Shown one piece after another: positions 9,390 through 18,885 of a DNA stretch of 64,000 nt. Position 1 is the first letter of the stretch, and each line of letters opens with the position of its first letter. Position numbers and translations under genes: made by a program. The notes under the pieces were generated by a model. The model searched no databases, was not told the origin of the DNA, and saw only the letters and a program-made list of their open reading frames with translations. Source of the stretch: Promethearchaeota archaeon Loki_b31 (GTDB taxonomy: Archaea; Asgardarchaeota; Lokiarchaeia; Sigyniarchaeales; SOKP01); contig NJBI01000001.1 in assembly GCA_005222975.1 (NCBI GenBank), forward strand, positions 42,571 through 106,570, given 5' to 3'.

Positions 9390-10826
9390 TTACAAATTCC
9401 TTGAAGTAATAGATTTTAATTCATTAGAAAGTGTGTCATCAATAGGTTTTAAAGAAATTTTCTCAGCGAGTTTAGTCGCTTGCTCCTTTGCTCTTTTTCG
9501 TGCAGACTTAGAGCCATTCTCTTTCCAAGCGTCCCGAGACATGCGATCTATTACCGGACTAACTATAAAAAGCTCCTTTCTAAAAAGCTTTAAAGTCGTT
9601 GGATGCGAAAGTAATTCCTCTTTTTCATTGTAGTCCCTTAAAATTTCAGAAGCGAATGGAGTACCGTGATCTTCTACTCCTCTTAGGAGTCTTTTTACCA
9701 TTCCTACTATTTCGTTATCAATTACTAATTTTTCAATGCTTTGAGTGGATTCAAAATCTAACATGCCAGGTCCCGAAATCATATTAATGCCAGCAAGTCC
9801 AGCTAAAAGTGCTCCCATACCTCCTTCGAATCCTGCTTGAGCATCTGGAACTTTGGAGTCACTAAGACTCATGTAAGCATGAGTGGGCATTTTTAGAAAT
9901 TTTCCTATCTCGACATCCCCCAAGTTAATCATCATTGTTTCAATAGCTCCCATTGGAGTTGTACCTTGCTTCATATCTAATATTGCGGGTGATCCACCCC
10001 ATATCAAAGGAGCTCCAGTTTTTGCTAACTGTCCAATTGCAACTCCTGCTAAGCATTCTGCAGAGTGTTGTGTTATTGAACCAATCAAGCTTATTGGAGC
10101 GCTAGCTCCTGCTAACGGCATAGACACAAACTCAGATGGTATCATACTCTTGGCGGCATCGATAAGTGATTGAGAAGTCAGGTCTGACCACTTCAGCGGG
10201 GGACTAGGACAAACATCGAAGATCGCTAAAGGTTTCCTTGCTAAATCATCTTCTGATAATCGACAACTTAACAATAATTCTCTCATAATTGAAAAACTTT
10301 CCTTTCGAAACGTCCCGGTTACAACTGGTTTATAGCAATTAGATAATGCGATATATAACCTATGCCAATCTTGTGCGTGGTTGGGGACATCTTGATAAAC
10401 TATAGCAGTGCTTTGAGCTTCGATATACTTTAAATGTTCTACTACCTTTGAAAAACGTACGAAATCTTTTTCGAACGCGTTTCTAATCGTTCCTGTATTT
10501 TCATCTAGATATAAGATCGCTGCTGAGCCAGGATCGTAATGAACATTATCGTTCGCTAAAGTAATATGCTCTTTTCCCTCTCTATCAAATAATTTAATCT
10601 CATCCGGAACAGTTTTGAGACATCTATCTACTAAATCAGAAGGAATGAAGTATCGAGAACCCTCGTGATTAACTCCTTCGCTGTTAAATAATTCTTTAGC
10701 GTCCTCATTTTCTAAAAATATTCCTAGATTTTCTAAAATATCTTTAGCCTCATTGAATATCTTTATTTTATGATCCTCATCTAAGACATTAATTCTTGGT
10801 CTTAAAATTCCCATCCTAACATACAC
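9390..10826 (-). CDS. MttB-superfamily (trimethylamine methyltransferase family) substrate:corrinoid methyltransferase, non-pyrrolysine type
   Basis: Uninterrupted 478 aa with no in-frame TAG. The N-terminal pattern LDEDHKIKIFNEAKDILENLGIFLENEDAKELF...IPSDLVDRCLKTVP and overall length match MttB/MtgB-like proteins. Confidence 0.8.
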   Translation of the reverse strand: MYVRMGILRPRINVLDEDHKIKIFNEAKDILENLGIFLENEDAKELFNSEGVNHEGSRYFIPSDLVDRCLKTVPDEIKLFDREGKEHITLANDNVHYDPGSAAILYLDENTGTIRNAFEKDFVRFSKVVEHLKYIEAQSTAIVYQDVPNHAQDWHRLYIALSNCYKPVVTGTFRKESFSIMRELLLSCRLSEDDLARKPLAIFDVCPSPPLKWSDLTSQSLIDAAKSMIPSEFVSMPLAGASAPISLIGSITQHSAECLAGVAIGQLAKTGAPLIWGGSPAILDMKQGTTPMGAIETMMINLGDVEIGKFLKMPTHAYMSLSDSKVPDAQAGFEGGMGALLAGLAGINMISGPGMLDFESTQSIEKLVIDNEIVGMVKRLLRGVEDHGTPFASEILRDYNEKEELLSHPTTLKLFRKELFIVSPVIDRMSRDAWKENGSKSARKRAKEQATKLAEKISLKPIDDTLSNELKSITSRNL

Positions 10827-10838
10827 GCTCTCATTTTG

Positions 10839-11726
10839 TTAATTCTCTAGTGAATCTATAAGTTTTCTTATTTCTTTTATAGTTGCTGGAGACGTACCAC
10901 AGCACCCTCCCACGATTTTGGCACCTATTTGAATAATTTCGTGAATATCGCTTACGAAATCCTTTATTGGTTGGTCGTAAACGGCTCTATTGTTTTGATC
11001 GATTCTTGGTTGACCCGCGTTAGGTTTTGCCGATATGGGTTTATTAGTAAGCTCTTTTAGTTCTTTTATTAATCCTATCATTTCATCGCTTCCTAATGTA
11101 CAATTCGCTCCAATCACATCAACATTTCTATCCTCTTGTATTCGCACGCACTTTTCTAAAGAATTGCCCATAATGGTAAAAAAACCCCTTTTTGTTTTTT
11201 TGTATGTCATTGAGCTTATAATGGGTTTTTTTGAAATCTCTCTTATCGCTTTTATCGCAGCTTCCATTTCTTCAATGTCTGAGATAGTCTCGATATGCCA
11301 GAGATCTACTCCTTGTTCTAAAAATTTTACCTGTTTTACATAACTGGAAACCCATTGTTCGGCGGTTGCTTTTCCTACTGGAGGTTTAAATACACCAGAT
11401 GGGCCAATATCGCCTACAATTAAACGATTGGGAGGGCAAGCTCTTTTTATATTTTTTAAGGCGCTCTCATTTAACTCTTTAATTTGGCTTTCAATTTTAT
11501 AGCCTTGCAAATTTAAAAAGCTAGATCCAAAAGTACTTGTTTGGCACATATCTGCGCCTGCGTCGTAATAAGATTTATGTATCTCAAAAATTAAATCTGG
11601 TTGTTCGATATTAAGGGTATCGGGAAGTCTTCCTGGCGTGATTCCATGTTTAAATATCTCTGACCCCATTCCTCCGTCAAATAATATGATTTTCGAACCA
11701 TTTTTTAACCAATCGTGGAATAACAT
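10839..11726 (-). CDS. Homocysteine S-methyltransferase domain protein (MetH Hcy-binding-domain type, Zn-dependent thiol methyltransferase)
   Basis: FDGGMGSEI at the N-terminus. Zn-ligand cysteines in IGANCTLG and VGGCCGTSP. Confidence 0.8.
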   Translation of the reverse strand: MLFHDWLKNGSKIILFDGGMGSEIFKHGITPGRLPDTLNIEQPDLIFEIHKSYYDAGADMCQTSTFGSSFLNLQGYKIESQIKELNESALKNIKRACPPNRLIVGDIGPSGVFKPPVGKATAEQWVSSYVKQVKFLEQGVDLWHIETISDIEEMEAAIKAIREISKKPIISSMTYKKTKRGFFTIMGNSLEKCVRIQEDRNVDVIGANCTLGSDEMIGLIKELKELTNKPISAKPNAGQPRIDQNNRAVYDQPIKDFVSDIHEIIQIGAKIVGGCCGTSPATIKEIRKLIDSLEN

Positions 11727-11752
11727 AGCAATTTACCTCAAATAAGCGTTTT

Positions 11753-12400
11753 TTAAATTTTTAAAAGGTTCTTGACTAGATTAACAGCTTCTACGGCGCT
11801 ACCAGCAAATCCATCTGCTTTGCACTCATCTACCCACGCGTTAGAAACTGGAGCACCCCCAAGTATAACTTTGAATTTGTCTCGGATGCCTTTAGATTCG
11901 AGTATTTCTATTATCTTTTTTTGGCCGATCATAGTTGTAGTCAATAGAGCAGAAACTCCAATGATATCTGCATTCTTTTCAACAGCAATTTCGATAATTC
12001 TTTCAGCTGGAACGTCAGCGCCTAGATCATAAACTTCAAAACCGTTGGCACTCAACATTGTAGCGACAATTGTTTTACCTATTGAGTGAATGTCTCCTTC
12101 TATTGTTGCAATTACCACTTTTCCATTCGAGATTCTATCTCTCTCTGTTTCTATATGTGGAAAAAGAATCTGCATAGACTCTTGCATAATAGTCCCACCA
12201 AGCATTAATTCCGGCAGAAAAAATTCTCCTTCGTCCCATAAAGCCCCTATTTTACGGATCCCCGCTCCAAAACCTTTCTCTATTACTTCAAGAAGATTCA
12301 TATTTTCTTGAATTGCTTTATTGGCCAATTCAATAGTTTTTTCTTTATCAAGACTTACGATTGCTTCAGATATTTCTTCATAAAATTTATCATTAGACAC
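11753..12400 (-). CDS. Cobalamin-binding corrinoid protein (MtxC/MetH B12-domain type)
   Basis: B12-binding cap helices followed by a Rossmann domain. It carries GDIHSIGK (DxHxxG), SALLTTT (SxL) and ILGGAP (GG). Confidence 0.85.
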   Translation of the reverse strand: MSNDKFYEEISEAIVSLDKEKTIELANKAIQENMNLLEVIEKGFGAGIRKIGALWDEGEFFLPELMLGGTIMQESMQILFPHIETERDRISNGKVVIATIEGDIHSIGKTIVATMLSANGFEVYDLGADVPAERIIEIAVEKNADIIGVSALLTTTMIGQKKIIEILESKGIRDKFKVILGGAPVSNAWVDECKADGFAGSAVEAVNLVKNLLKI

Positions 12401-12576
12401 AAAAATCTCATCTAAAAACTTAATTAGTTATAATTGTAAAAATATCATGGTTAATTAATTAAAATATCGAAAAACTATTTGTATGAAACGAGGATTTGTT
12501 CAAAAAACAGATAGAAAATCCTAAAAATAAAAATAAGAAAAAAGAAATTTTTTTTTAATGATTCAATTAATTCAGT

Positions 12577-13284
12577 TTATGTAGGAGGGTTATTAAGTAA
12601 AAGCCAGACTACTATGATAATCGGTATAATAATGATTGCTAATAAACTAATTAAATAAACCTTTATTAATTTTTTAGCTCGCTTGCTAAATTCTGGCGTT
12701 ATTTCTTCTCGTAACCGATCTTTATTAATGTTTGTATTAGATGCTAAAAAATCATTTAGCCTTTTAGCGTACTTAATTGTATTAGATTCCTCTTTTGGGC
12801 CAGTTATGTACATCGGATTTTTTGTACGAAAATTCAAACCTAAACACTCCCATTCAACGCTTCCATACTTTCCTCGGCTTCTTAAGCGTTTAAAAACATC
12901 AAAACGGTCTATATCCTCTAATTTGAACTTTTTGTGCTTAACCCGCATATACGACCAATAAGCTTCGTAAATTAAGAGATTTTGTTGAGCGTCAATTTTA
13001 AAAACGATTAAAGCCGTTCTTTGTAGCCATCCTGTGATAAGGGTACTAAAAACTAATGTACCTAAAAAAATGTGTGTCCAAAATAGGGCAATATCAGTGA
13101 GCTCAGTCCCAATATTATTTCTATTTTTTTCCCAAATAAATATCATAAAAACCCATAAGATTGCAAATGCTCCAGAACCGATTAAAAGTCTATACCACCA
13201 AGTTTTTACAAAGAGTTTGATTCTTGGTAAATTATCTTTTCCTACAGTTTCATCGTACTCTTTCGTTGAACTATTATCATCCAT
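12577..13284 (-). CDS. Hypothetical membrane protein (2 N-terminal TM, soluble middle domain, C-terminal TM)
   Basis: Long ORF with clear hydrophobic segments (LLIGSGAFAILWVFMIFIW; IFLGTLVFSTLITGWL; VYLISLLAIIIIPIIIVVWLLL). No recognisable motif. Confidence 0.5.
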   Translation of the reverse strand: MDDNSSTKEYDETVGKDNLPRIKLFVKTWWYRLLIGSGAFAILWVFMIFIWEKNRNNIGTELTDIALFWTHIFLGTLVFSTLITGWLQRTALIVFKIDAQQNLLIYEAYWSYMRVKHKKFKLEDIDRFDVFKRLRSRGKYGSVEWECLGLNFRTKNPMYITGPKEESNTIKYAKRLNDFLASNTNINKDRLREEITPEFSKRAKKLIKVYLISLLAIIIIPIIIVVWLLLNNPPT

Positions 13285-13559
13285 CGATATCAGTATCTTT
13301 ATATAGTTTTAAATTAAAATTTCGCGTTATAATTGAAATAATCAATTATATTGTTTTAATTATCAAGAGTATATATATTTTACTCGCCCACATTCTTCCC
13401 AATTTCAGAAATTAAAAGAAAAAATACACTTGGAGAATAAAAGGAAAAAGTACGCTGAATTATTATTCCATTATTATTAGGTTTTTTAAGAAATAAAAAT
13501 ATAAATTCTTACAATATATAAATTTTAAAACTTAATTATCAAATAATTTGATATTGTAA

Positions 13560-13564
13560 AGGTG
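13560..13564 (+). promoter_or_regulatory. Shine-Dalgarno-like AGGTG 7 nt upstream of ATG 13572
   Basis: gtaaAGGTGttttataATG. Confidence 0.35.
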
Positions 13565-13571
13565 TTTTATA

Positions 13572-14060
13572 ATGTCTAGAAGATATTACGCAAAAGGTAA
13601 GAAGACTTATGCTAAAGACCAGAGTTTTACACAGGACAATGTCGGGGAAGAGAAAGAACGCTTTCTCATCAGTATTGATTTAATGAGCTTAAAAACTTTA
13701 AAAGATTACGACATAATGGGGTGGCGTGGCGAGTTCTATTTCAAAGTGGATGGCCCTAAGGTCTTTAAGGCTAGATTCCCAAATAAGGGAACAATAAAGC
13801 TTCAAAGAAATCAAAACTTTACATCTAAAGCGGATATGAATGTATGGAGTCAGTTCAAAACTGTTAAAGCAGGAAGGGATGCTGTAGAAAGGATTAAAGT
13901 AATATTGAGAGAGCAGGACCATTTAAAGAAGGACTCAACAATCGCAGAAGAAGAATATGAAATAGTTCTTCCTTCCAAAACGCGGTATGTTATTTTACAG
14001 GACGATAAAAAACGGACTAAAGCAAAACTACGAATTCAGGCTTCAAGAACAAGATATTAA
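13572..14060 (+). CDS. Hypothetical basic protein
   Basis: 162-aa ORF with a good SD. No recognisable motif. Confidence 0.5.
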   Translation: MSRRYYAKGKKTYAKDQSFTQDNVGEEKERFLISIDLMSLKTLKDYDIMGWRGEFYFKVDGPKVFKARFPNKGTIKLQRNQNFTSKADMNVWSQFKTVKAGRDAVERIKVILREQDHLKKDSTIAEEEYEIVLPSKTRYVILQDDKKRTKAKLRIQASRTRY

Positions 14061-14203
14061 ACAAAAAATATTTTTTTATTCTATTTTTCATTACAGCTTT
14101 TATTTAAAACAATTTATTTCTTTTTTTAATTTCATAATTTTTGATGGTTAAGTTAAGGAAAAAATAAAAAAAAAAATAGTGAGTTTAATAGAATTGTACG
14201 ACG

Positions 14204-15598
14204 CTATAGCTTTTTTTCTTGCGATCTATATATAGCAAATGCTCCAATAACAAATGAAATAGCTATTCCAATCTGGACAAAACCCCAAAGCATACCTCCG
14301 AATATATCATCTAAAGCTAAAGATATAATTAAAATCGCTATCTCGAAAACGGCAAGGTAATTTAGAATAGCTAAAAATTTGTTTTCTATTGCTGACGATT
14401 TTGTATTTAGTGTGTTCCTCTGTCTATTAAGCGTTTTCCTGATTCTGGAGATAACATCGTCAGTTTGCTTCGAAAATTTAAATCCATCTAATTTATCTAT
14501 CATTTCGTTAAACATGCTCGTTTTAAAAGTGCTAGTAAATAATAAGCGACTAATTTTGGAGATTATTATATCTTTATTTAATTCAAGAATTATTCTGTTG
14601 AGTTCTGTTTCTAATTTTTCTAATCTATCGATTTTATCCATCAAAGTTAGGCTTTCTTCTTTAGCTCTAGTTTCTGAGATGACTTTATCGAATTTATCTG
14701 CTACAATTAGTATGTTTTCCATATGCATGAGGATTAAAAACCTTTGAACATTGCCAACTTCTGGACCATAAAGCGTATCGATAAGTAAGTTTTTCATAGA
14801 ATTTGGATCCATAAGACCTGGTCCCGGGATTATTACATTTCCCGCGTGAGTAATCATCACGAATTCGTCTAAATATGGAGATAAGTTTTTAAGGTTAATT
14901 TGATCTCGATACGCCACAGGATCTAGTTCTCGATATTTATCCGTTCTTAAAGTAAGCCCTATTGAATATCGCGCATTCTTACCAATATTATTTCCAATAA
15001 AGCGATAATCCACTCTGTTAAAGTCGGGTTTTGCGTCCCAAATAAGCCAAGTATGGTGCCACGGTTCTAGCGAAGATTCTAATTTTGCTTTTTCTGGAAA
15101 ATTTCCTTTTTTTAATAACATTGTAATATTTTCTCTTATTTCTACGAATTTTTCTGTAATAGGTCTTCCGGTGCTTTCCAGAATCATGTTTGAGGGTTGG
15201 GATATTTCTATAAAATCCTCAATCTTGTGGTAATTATCGAACAATAATTCGCAATGGATTACTAAAACTGAACCATAATGAATGTGCCCTTCCAATCTAA
15301 TTTTTCCAAACATGTGTGGTACTGTAGCGCAAGAAAATCTATCCGACCTGCCGATCTTAAAGCAAACGGGGGCAAAGTTCACAGATTGACTTGAAATCCA
15401 CTTTAATGGTTGGCTACACTTTTTTGCTTGTCCGGGAACTTCGATTTTACATCGATAATCTTTATATAGTTTGAGAGAGCCTTCTTTTTCTAAATACTTT
15501 CTTACTTCTGGTAACTCAAAATATAGTCCTAACTCATAAAATTTCCAAAAAACTAGAGTAACTTTAAAAATATACTCTTCTTCAGTTGAGATTGTCAT
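14204..15598 (-). CDS. Hypothetical protein: large soluble domain, coiled coil, C-terminal 2-TM hairpin
   Basis: 464-aa ORF. The C-terminus reads ...LEKLETELNRIILEL... then LAILNYLAVFEIAILIISLAL and WGFVQIGIAISFVIGAFAIY. The overall layout resembles CorA or DUF155, but no GMN motif is present. Confidence 0.5.
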   Translation of the reverse strand: MTISTEEEYIFKVTLVFWKFYELGLYFELPEVRKYLEKEGSLKLYKDYRCKIEVPGQAKKCSQPLKWISSQSVNFAPVCFKIGRSDRFSCATVPHMFGKIRLEGHIHYGSVLVIHCELLFDNYHKIEDFIEISQPSNMILESTGRPITEKFVEIRENITMLLKKGNFPEKAKLESSLEPWHHTWLIWDAKPDFNRVDYRFIGNNIGKNARYSIGLTLRTDKYRELDPVAYRDQINLKNLSPYLDEFVMITHAGNVIIPGPGLMDPNSMKNLLIDTLYGPEVGNVQRFLILMHMENILIVADKFDKVISETRAKEESLTLMDKIDRLEKLETELNRIILELNKDIIISKISRLLFTSTFKTSMFNEMIDKLDGFKFSKQTDDVISRIRKTLNRQRNTLNTKSSAIENKFLAILNYLAVFEIAILIISLALDDIFGGMLWGFVQIGIAISFVIGAFAIYRSQEKKL

Positions 15599-15718
15599 AT
15601 TTATTTCCTTGAAAAGTTTTATCTAATCTAAATATATTATAAATTTAAAATATTCTTCTATTTGGATGATCATTACAAACATTTATTATACTTTTATGTA
15701 AATTATGGTGAGTTATGA

Positions 15719-16339
15719 ATGGTTAATAAAGAAGCAAACTCAAAAAAATTGGAAATAATAGTTCAAATCGCAAGTTTAAGAGATTCTCCAGGGATTCATA
15801 ACGCACTTAAGCAAAACTTAATTGAAATACTCGATTTTGACGAGATTCCAGACGAACAAAGAAAAGAATTAGAAGATCAAGGCTTCCTGAGAAAAGAAGT
15901 TGACGAAGATTTTTACACCCAACTTATTCAAGATGTTAACAAGAAGGTTTATGTTGCAAAAAATAAACGAGGAGATGTCATTGGTTTCGCAAGCATATAT
16001 AATAACGAGAATAACATAAAAACGATTAGGAAAACTTTGCAAAATCTCCATATTAAAGATAAAGAAATTTTAGATTTGCTCGTTAACGAAAAAAGAAAAT
16101 TCGCTTATTTGGACCAAATTAGCATCGTACCTGAATTTAAACGCAAAGGCGTTGGGACGGCCATTCTGGAGAAAGCGTTGGTTGAAATGAACATTCCTTT
16201 AGTTGCGTTCATAGTAAAACTACCTTTAATGAATAAAGCGTCCGCTCTATGGCACGAGTATGTTGGTTTTGAACTTGTAGGTACTGGAGATGGTGATTAT
16301 AAAGGGAAAAAGTTTGAATGGTTGATATATATTAAATAG
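15719..16339 (+). CDS. GNAT family N-acetyltransferase
   Basis: Acetyl-CoA motif A: QISIVPEFKRKGVGTAILEKAL. Confidence 0.7.
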   Translation: MVNKEANSKKLEIIVQIASLRDSPGIHNALKQNLIEILDFDEIPDEQRKELEDQGFLRKEVDEDFYTQLIQDVNKKVYVAKNKRGDVIGFASIYNNENNIKTIRKTLQNLHIKDKEILDLLVNEKRKFAYLDQISIVPEFKRKGVGTAILEKALVEMNIPLVAFIVKLPLMNKASALWHEYVGFELVGTGDGDYKGKKFEWLIYIK

Positions 16340-16484
16340 GTTAACAAAAATTAGTTCAAATAAAATTTAAAATGAAAAAATTAGAATTATGAGAATTCTA
16401 AACAATTTTTCCAACTTAAAACTTTTCTTCTCTAATATTTTATATATTTTGGACGGGCTATTCTTTCTTGTTTATACATTTAGT

Positions 16485-16748
16485 TTACTCGTCCTGATTT
16501 TCTGTGTTAAACTCAAGATTTAAACTTTCGGCAAGTTTAAACCCTACTTCAAAGAAGTTCTTCATCGATTTATAGAAGATATCTCCTATAATATCGCCTA
16601 ATTCTGCATTAGGTTCAGACGATGTCTCAATTTTTCCAGGGATATTTAATTCTTTTATAAGATCCTCTTTTCTTTGCTCTAATTCTTCGCTTAAACTGTT
16701 TAAATTTATTTGAAAATCGTTCAGTTCTGAACTTTGGCTCTTTTCCAT
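16485..16748 (-). CDS. Small acidic helical protein, unknown function (last gene of the lipid-cluster strand run)
   Basis: 87-aa ORF 27 nt downstream of the LPLAT-like gene on the same strand. Confidence 0.4.
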   Translation of the reverse strand: MEKSQSSELNDFQINLNSLSEELEQRKEDLIKELNIPGKIETSSEPNAELGDIIGDIFYKSMKNFFEVGFKLAESLNLEFNTENQDE

Positions 16749-16775
16749 AATAAAACCTCATTTTTATGTTTAATT

Positions 16776-17471
16776 TTATGCTTCTTCAATATCGGGTTGT
16801 GGTTTAAGGGAATCAATAATTCTTAATATATCCTCAGCGAGTTCATATCTCTCATCTCGATATTTTGGTCGAGATAATCGATTTTCTACCTTAAGCGGGG
16901 CCCCGATTTTTACTCTTAACCCCTGTGATTTAAACATACCTAAAATTTTCGCGTTTTCCGTGTATATTGCTATGGGGATTATAGGAGCCTTTCCAGCAAC
17001 CGCAAATTTAATGATTCCCGCCATTGCTTTCACTTGAATTTCGGGGGTAAGTTTTGATTCTGGCGTCATGGCTACAAGATCCCCAACTTCGTTAAGATAG
17101 TGGAACACCTTATCTATAGGCACGGTATCGTCCTTATCGAGAGTACTGCGAAACATGCCTAACGACTTAAGAACGGGACCGTACATTTGATTCTTCATTA
17201 GTTTATGATGAACCATAAAATGAATTCTTCGTCCTGAAACTTGACTTATAATCGCCATGTCTCTTAACGCGTTGTCGCTTATCGTCGTTAATATCGCTTT
17301 TCCTATAGTAGGTATGTTTTCCCTTCCCTCAATTTTTAAGTCTGCGAATGCCGTTAAACCAAAGTTTCCTAAACCTTTGGTAACTGCGTAGAAAATATCT
17401 TGCATAAGATCCTTACTAAGCATCTTATCTTTTCCTTTCGTTTCGTTCTCCTCGGAAGATGTTTCAACCAT
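16776..17471 (-). CDS. LPLAT (PlsC-like) acyltransferase-fold protein with degenerate catalytic motifs
   Basis: Collinear with PlsC: LKIEGRENIPTIGKAILTT..., later VAMTPESK, then GIIKFAVAGKAPIIPIAIY. The HX4D block reads ISDNALRD (no His) and the FPEGTR block reads TPESKL. Confidence 0.6.
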   Translation of the reverse strand: MVETSSEENETKGKDKMLSKDLMQDIFYAVTKGLGNFGLTAFADLKIEGRENIPTIGKAILTTISDNALRDMAIISQVSGRRIHFMVHHKLMKNQMYGPVLKSLGMFRSTLDKDDTVPIDKVFHYLNEVGDLVAMTPESKLTPEIQVKAMAGIIKFAVAGKAPIIPIAIYTENAKILGMFKSQGLRVKIGAPLKVENRLSRPKYRDERYELAEDILRIIDSLKPQPDIEEA

Positions 17472-17485
17472 CTTTTTTCCCTCGT

Positions 17486-17680
17486 TTATAGTTTGTCTAT
17501 GAAATTATTAACTTCCTCCATCCGTCTCTCGTAATATTCCTTTAACTCTTTTTCGGAAACAAATGAAGGGATTACTTTTTCTAAATAAATATCAAATATT
17601 GTCGATAATTTTGTTTTATGCTGCAAGGACTCGAGAAATTCTCCGCCCAAGTCCTTTAATTGCTTAAAAAATTCTGTCAT
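17486..17680 (-). CDS. Small helical protein, unknown function
   Basis: 64-aa ORF 14 nt upstream of the LPLAT-like gene. It has no recognisable motif. Confidence 0.35.
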   Translation of the reverse strand: MTEFFKQLKDLGGEFLESLQHKTKLSTIFDIYLEKVIPSFVSEKELKEYYERRMEEVNNFIDKL

Positions 17681-17841
17681 TTTGCTTCTCTTTTATTAAA
17701 AATTGGACAATATTTTAATAACTTTAGTAGATATGTTTTTTCTTATTTTAATCAAATATTCGTTTATCTAATTTAAAGGTTGTAAATCCAATAATAGTTT
17801 GAAAAGTATGATATCAAAAGATTATAATATTAAACTCGAAA

Positions 17842-18867
17842 TTAATCTACTTGATCCCATTTACCACAACGAGAGCCCCAGCGCGCTATAATTTTATTTC
17901 CCTCTTGAGGCATCTTTACTTGGACTATTTCGCAATTATTGGGACAGTCTCCGCAATTAAACGCTGAGGTTGTGAATTCAATTTCTGATACTTCGAGTCC
18001 TCGAAATACAGTTTGATGTTCGTGCTCTAAATAGAAATCTCTAACTAAAATTGCCATTCCTAAAGCCCCCATTAGGACGTTATATTTAGGAACAATTACT
18101 TTGCAACCTAAATGTCTTTCAAATGCTTCAATGATCCCTTCGTTGTAAGAAACGCCACCTTGGAACACAATGGGTTCTTCTAAGTCTTTACCCTTGCCTA
18201 CATTATTCATATAATTGCGAACAAGAGAATCGCATAAGCCTGCAATAATATCCTCCTTGGTGTAACCCGCGTTTTGCTTGTGAATCATATCGGATTCTGC
18301 GAATACAGTGCATCTTCCCGCAATACTCACAGGATTTTTTGATTTTATAGCGTAAGCGCCAAACTCCTCTATAACAATCCCAAGCCTCGCTGCTTGATGA
18401 TCGAGAAAGGAACCCGTTCCCGCAGCGCATACAGAATTCATCGCAAAATCTACAATTATTCCGTCCCGTAGAATGATAATTTTCGAATCTTGACCGCCAA
18501 TTTCTAATATCGTTCTTACATCGGGATAGATAGTCTGTGCCGCAACAGCGTGGGCAATTATCTCAGTTTTAGCGAGATCTGCACCAACGATTGCTTTTGT
18601 CAAATACCGTGCTGAACCTGTGGTACCACAACAACGTATCGCGTATTCGCCTAAATTTTCGCTTTGTTCTATGTTATCGCGTAACTCTGCCATTCCTGCC
18701 TTGGCTGAGTCGATGGGAGAACCTCTATTTCGTAAAAATACGCTAGTAAGTAAATTTCCATCTGTATCCATTAGAACAAATTTGCAACTCACGCTTCCTA
18801 TGTCAATACCAAGGAAAGCATCTTTTGTTTTTCCCTCTTTAACAACTTTTTCCTTAACTTCTACCAT
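17842..18867 (-). CDS. BcrAD/BadFG (HgdC-type) ATP-dependent [4Fe-4S] activase with C-terminal Cys-rich extension
   Basis: GIDIGSVSCKFVLMD, EIGGQDSK, CAAGTGSFLD, GRCTVFAESD and FQGGVSYN, including both HgdC-type cluster cysteines. The C-terminal CGDCPNNCEIVQV...WGSRCGKW resembles the linker found in fused activase-DUF2229 proteins. Confidence 0.85.
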   Translation of the reverse strand: MVEVKEKVVKEGKTKDAFLGIDIGSVSCKFVLMDTDGNLLTSVFLRNRGSPIDSAKAGMAELRDNIEQSENLGEYAIRCCGTTGSARYLTKAIVGADLAKTEIIAHAVAAQTIYPDVRTILEIGGQDSKIIILRDGIIVDFAMNSVCAAGTGSFLDHQAARLGIVIEEFGAYAIKSKNPVSIAGRCTVFAESDMIHKQNAGYTKEDIIAGLCDSLVRNYMNNVGKGKDLEEPIVFQGGVSYNEGIIEAFERHLGCKVIVPKYNVLMGALGMAILVRDFYLEHEHQTVFRGLEVSEIEFTTSAFNCGDCPNNCEIVQVKMPQEGNKIIARWGSRCGKWDQVD

Positions 18868-18885
18868 ATAATCTCACCTTTATCA

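Noticed and set aside
9433-12311. Several plus-strand ORFs (9433, 9599, 9883, 11035, 11772, 12090)
   Set aside because: All are antisense shadows within the three motif-supported methyltransferase-operon genes, and their compositions are Ser/Pro/Ile-rich.
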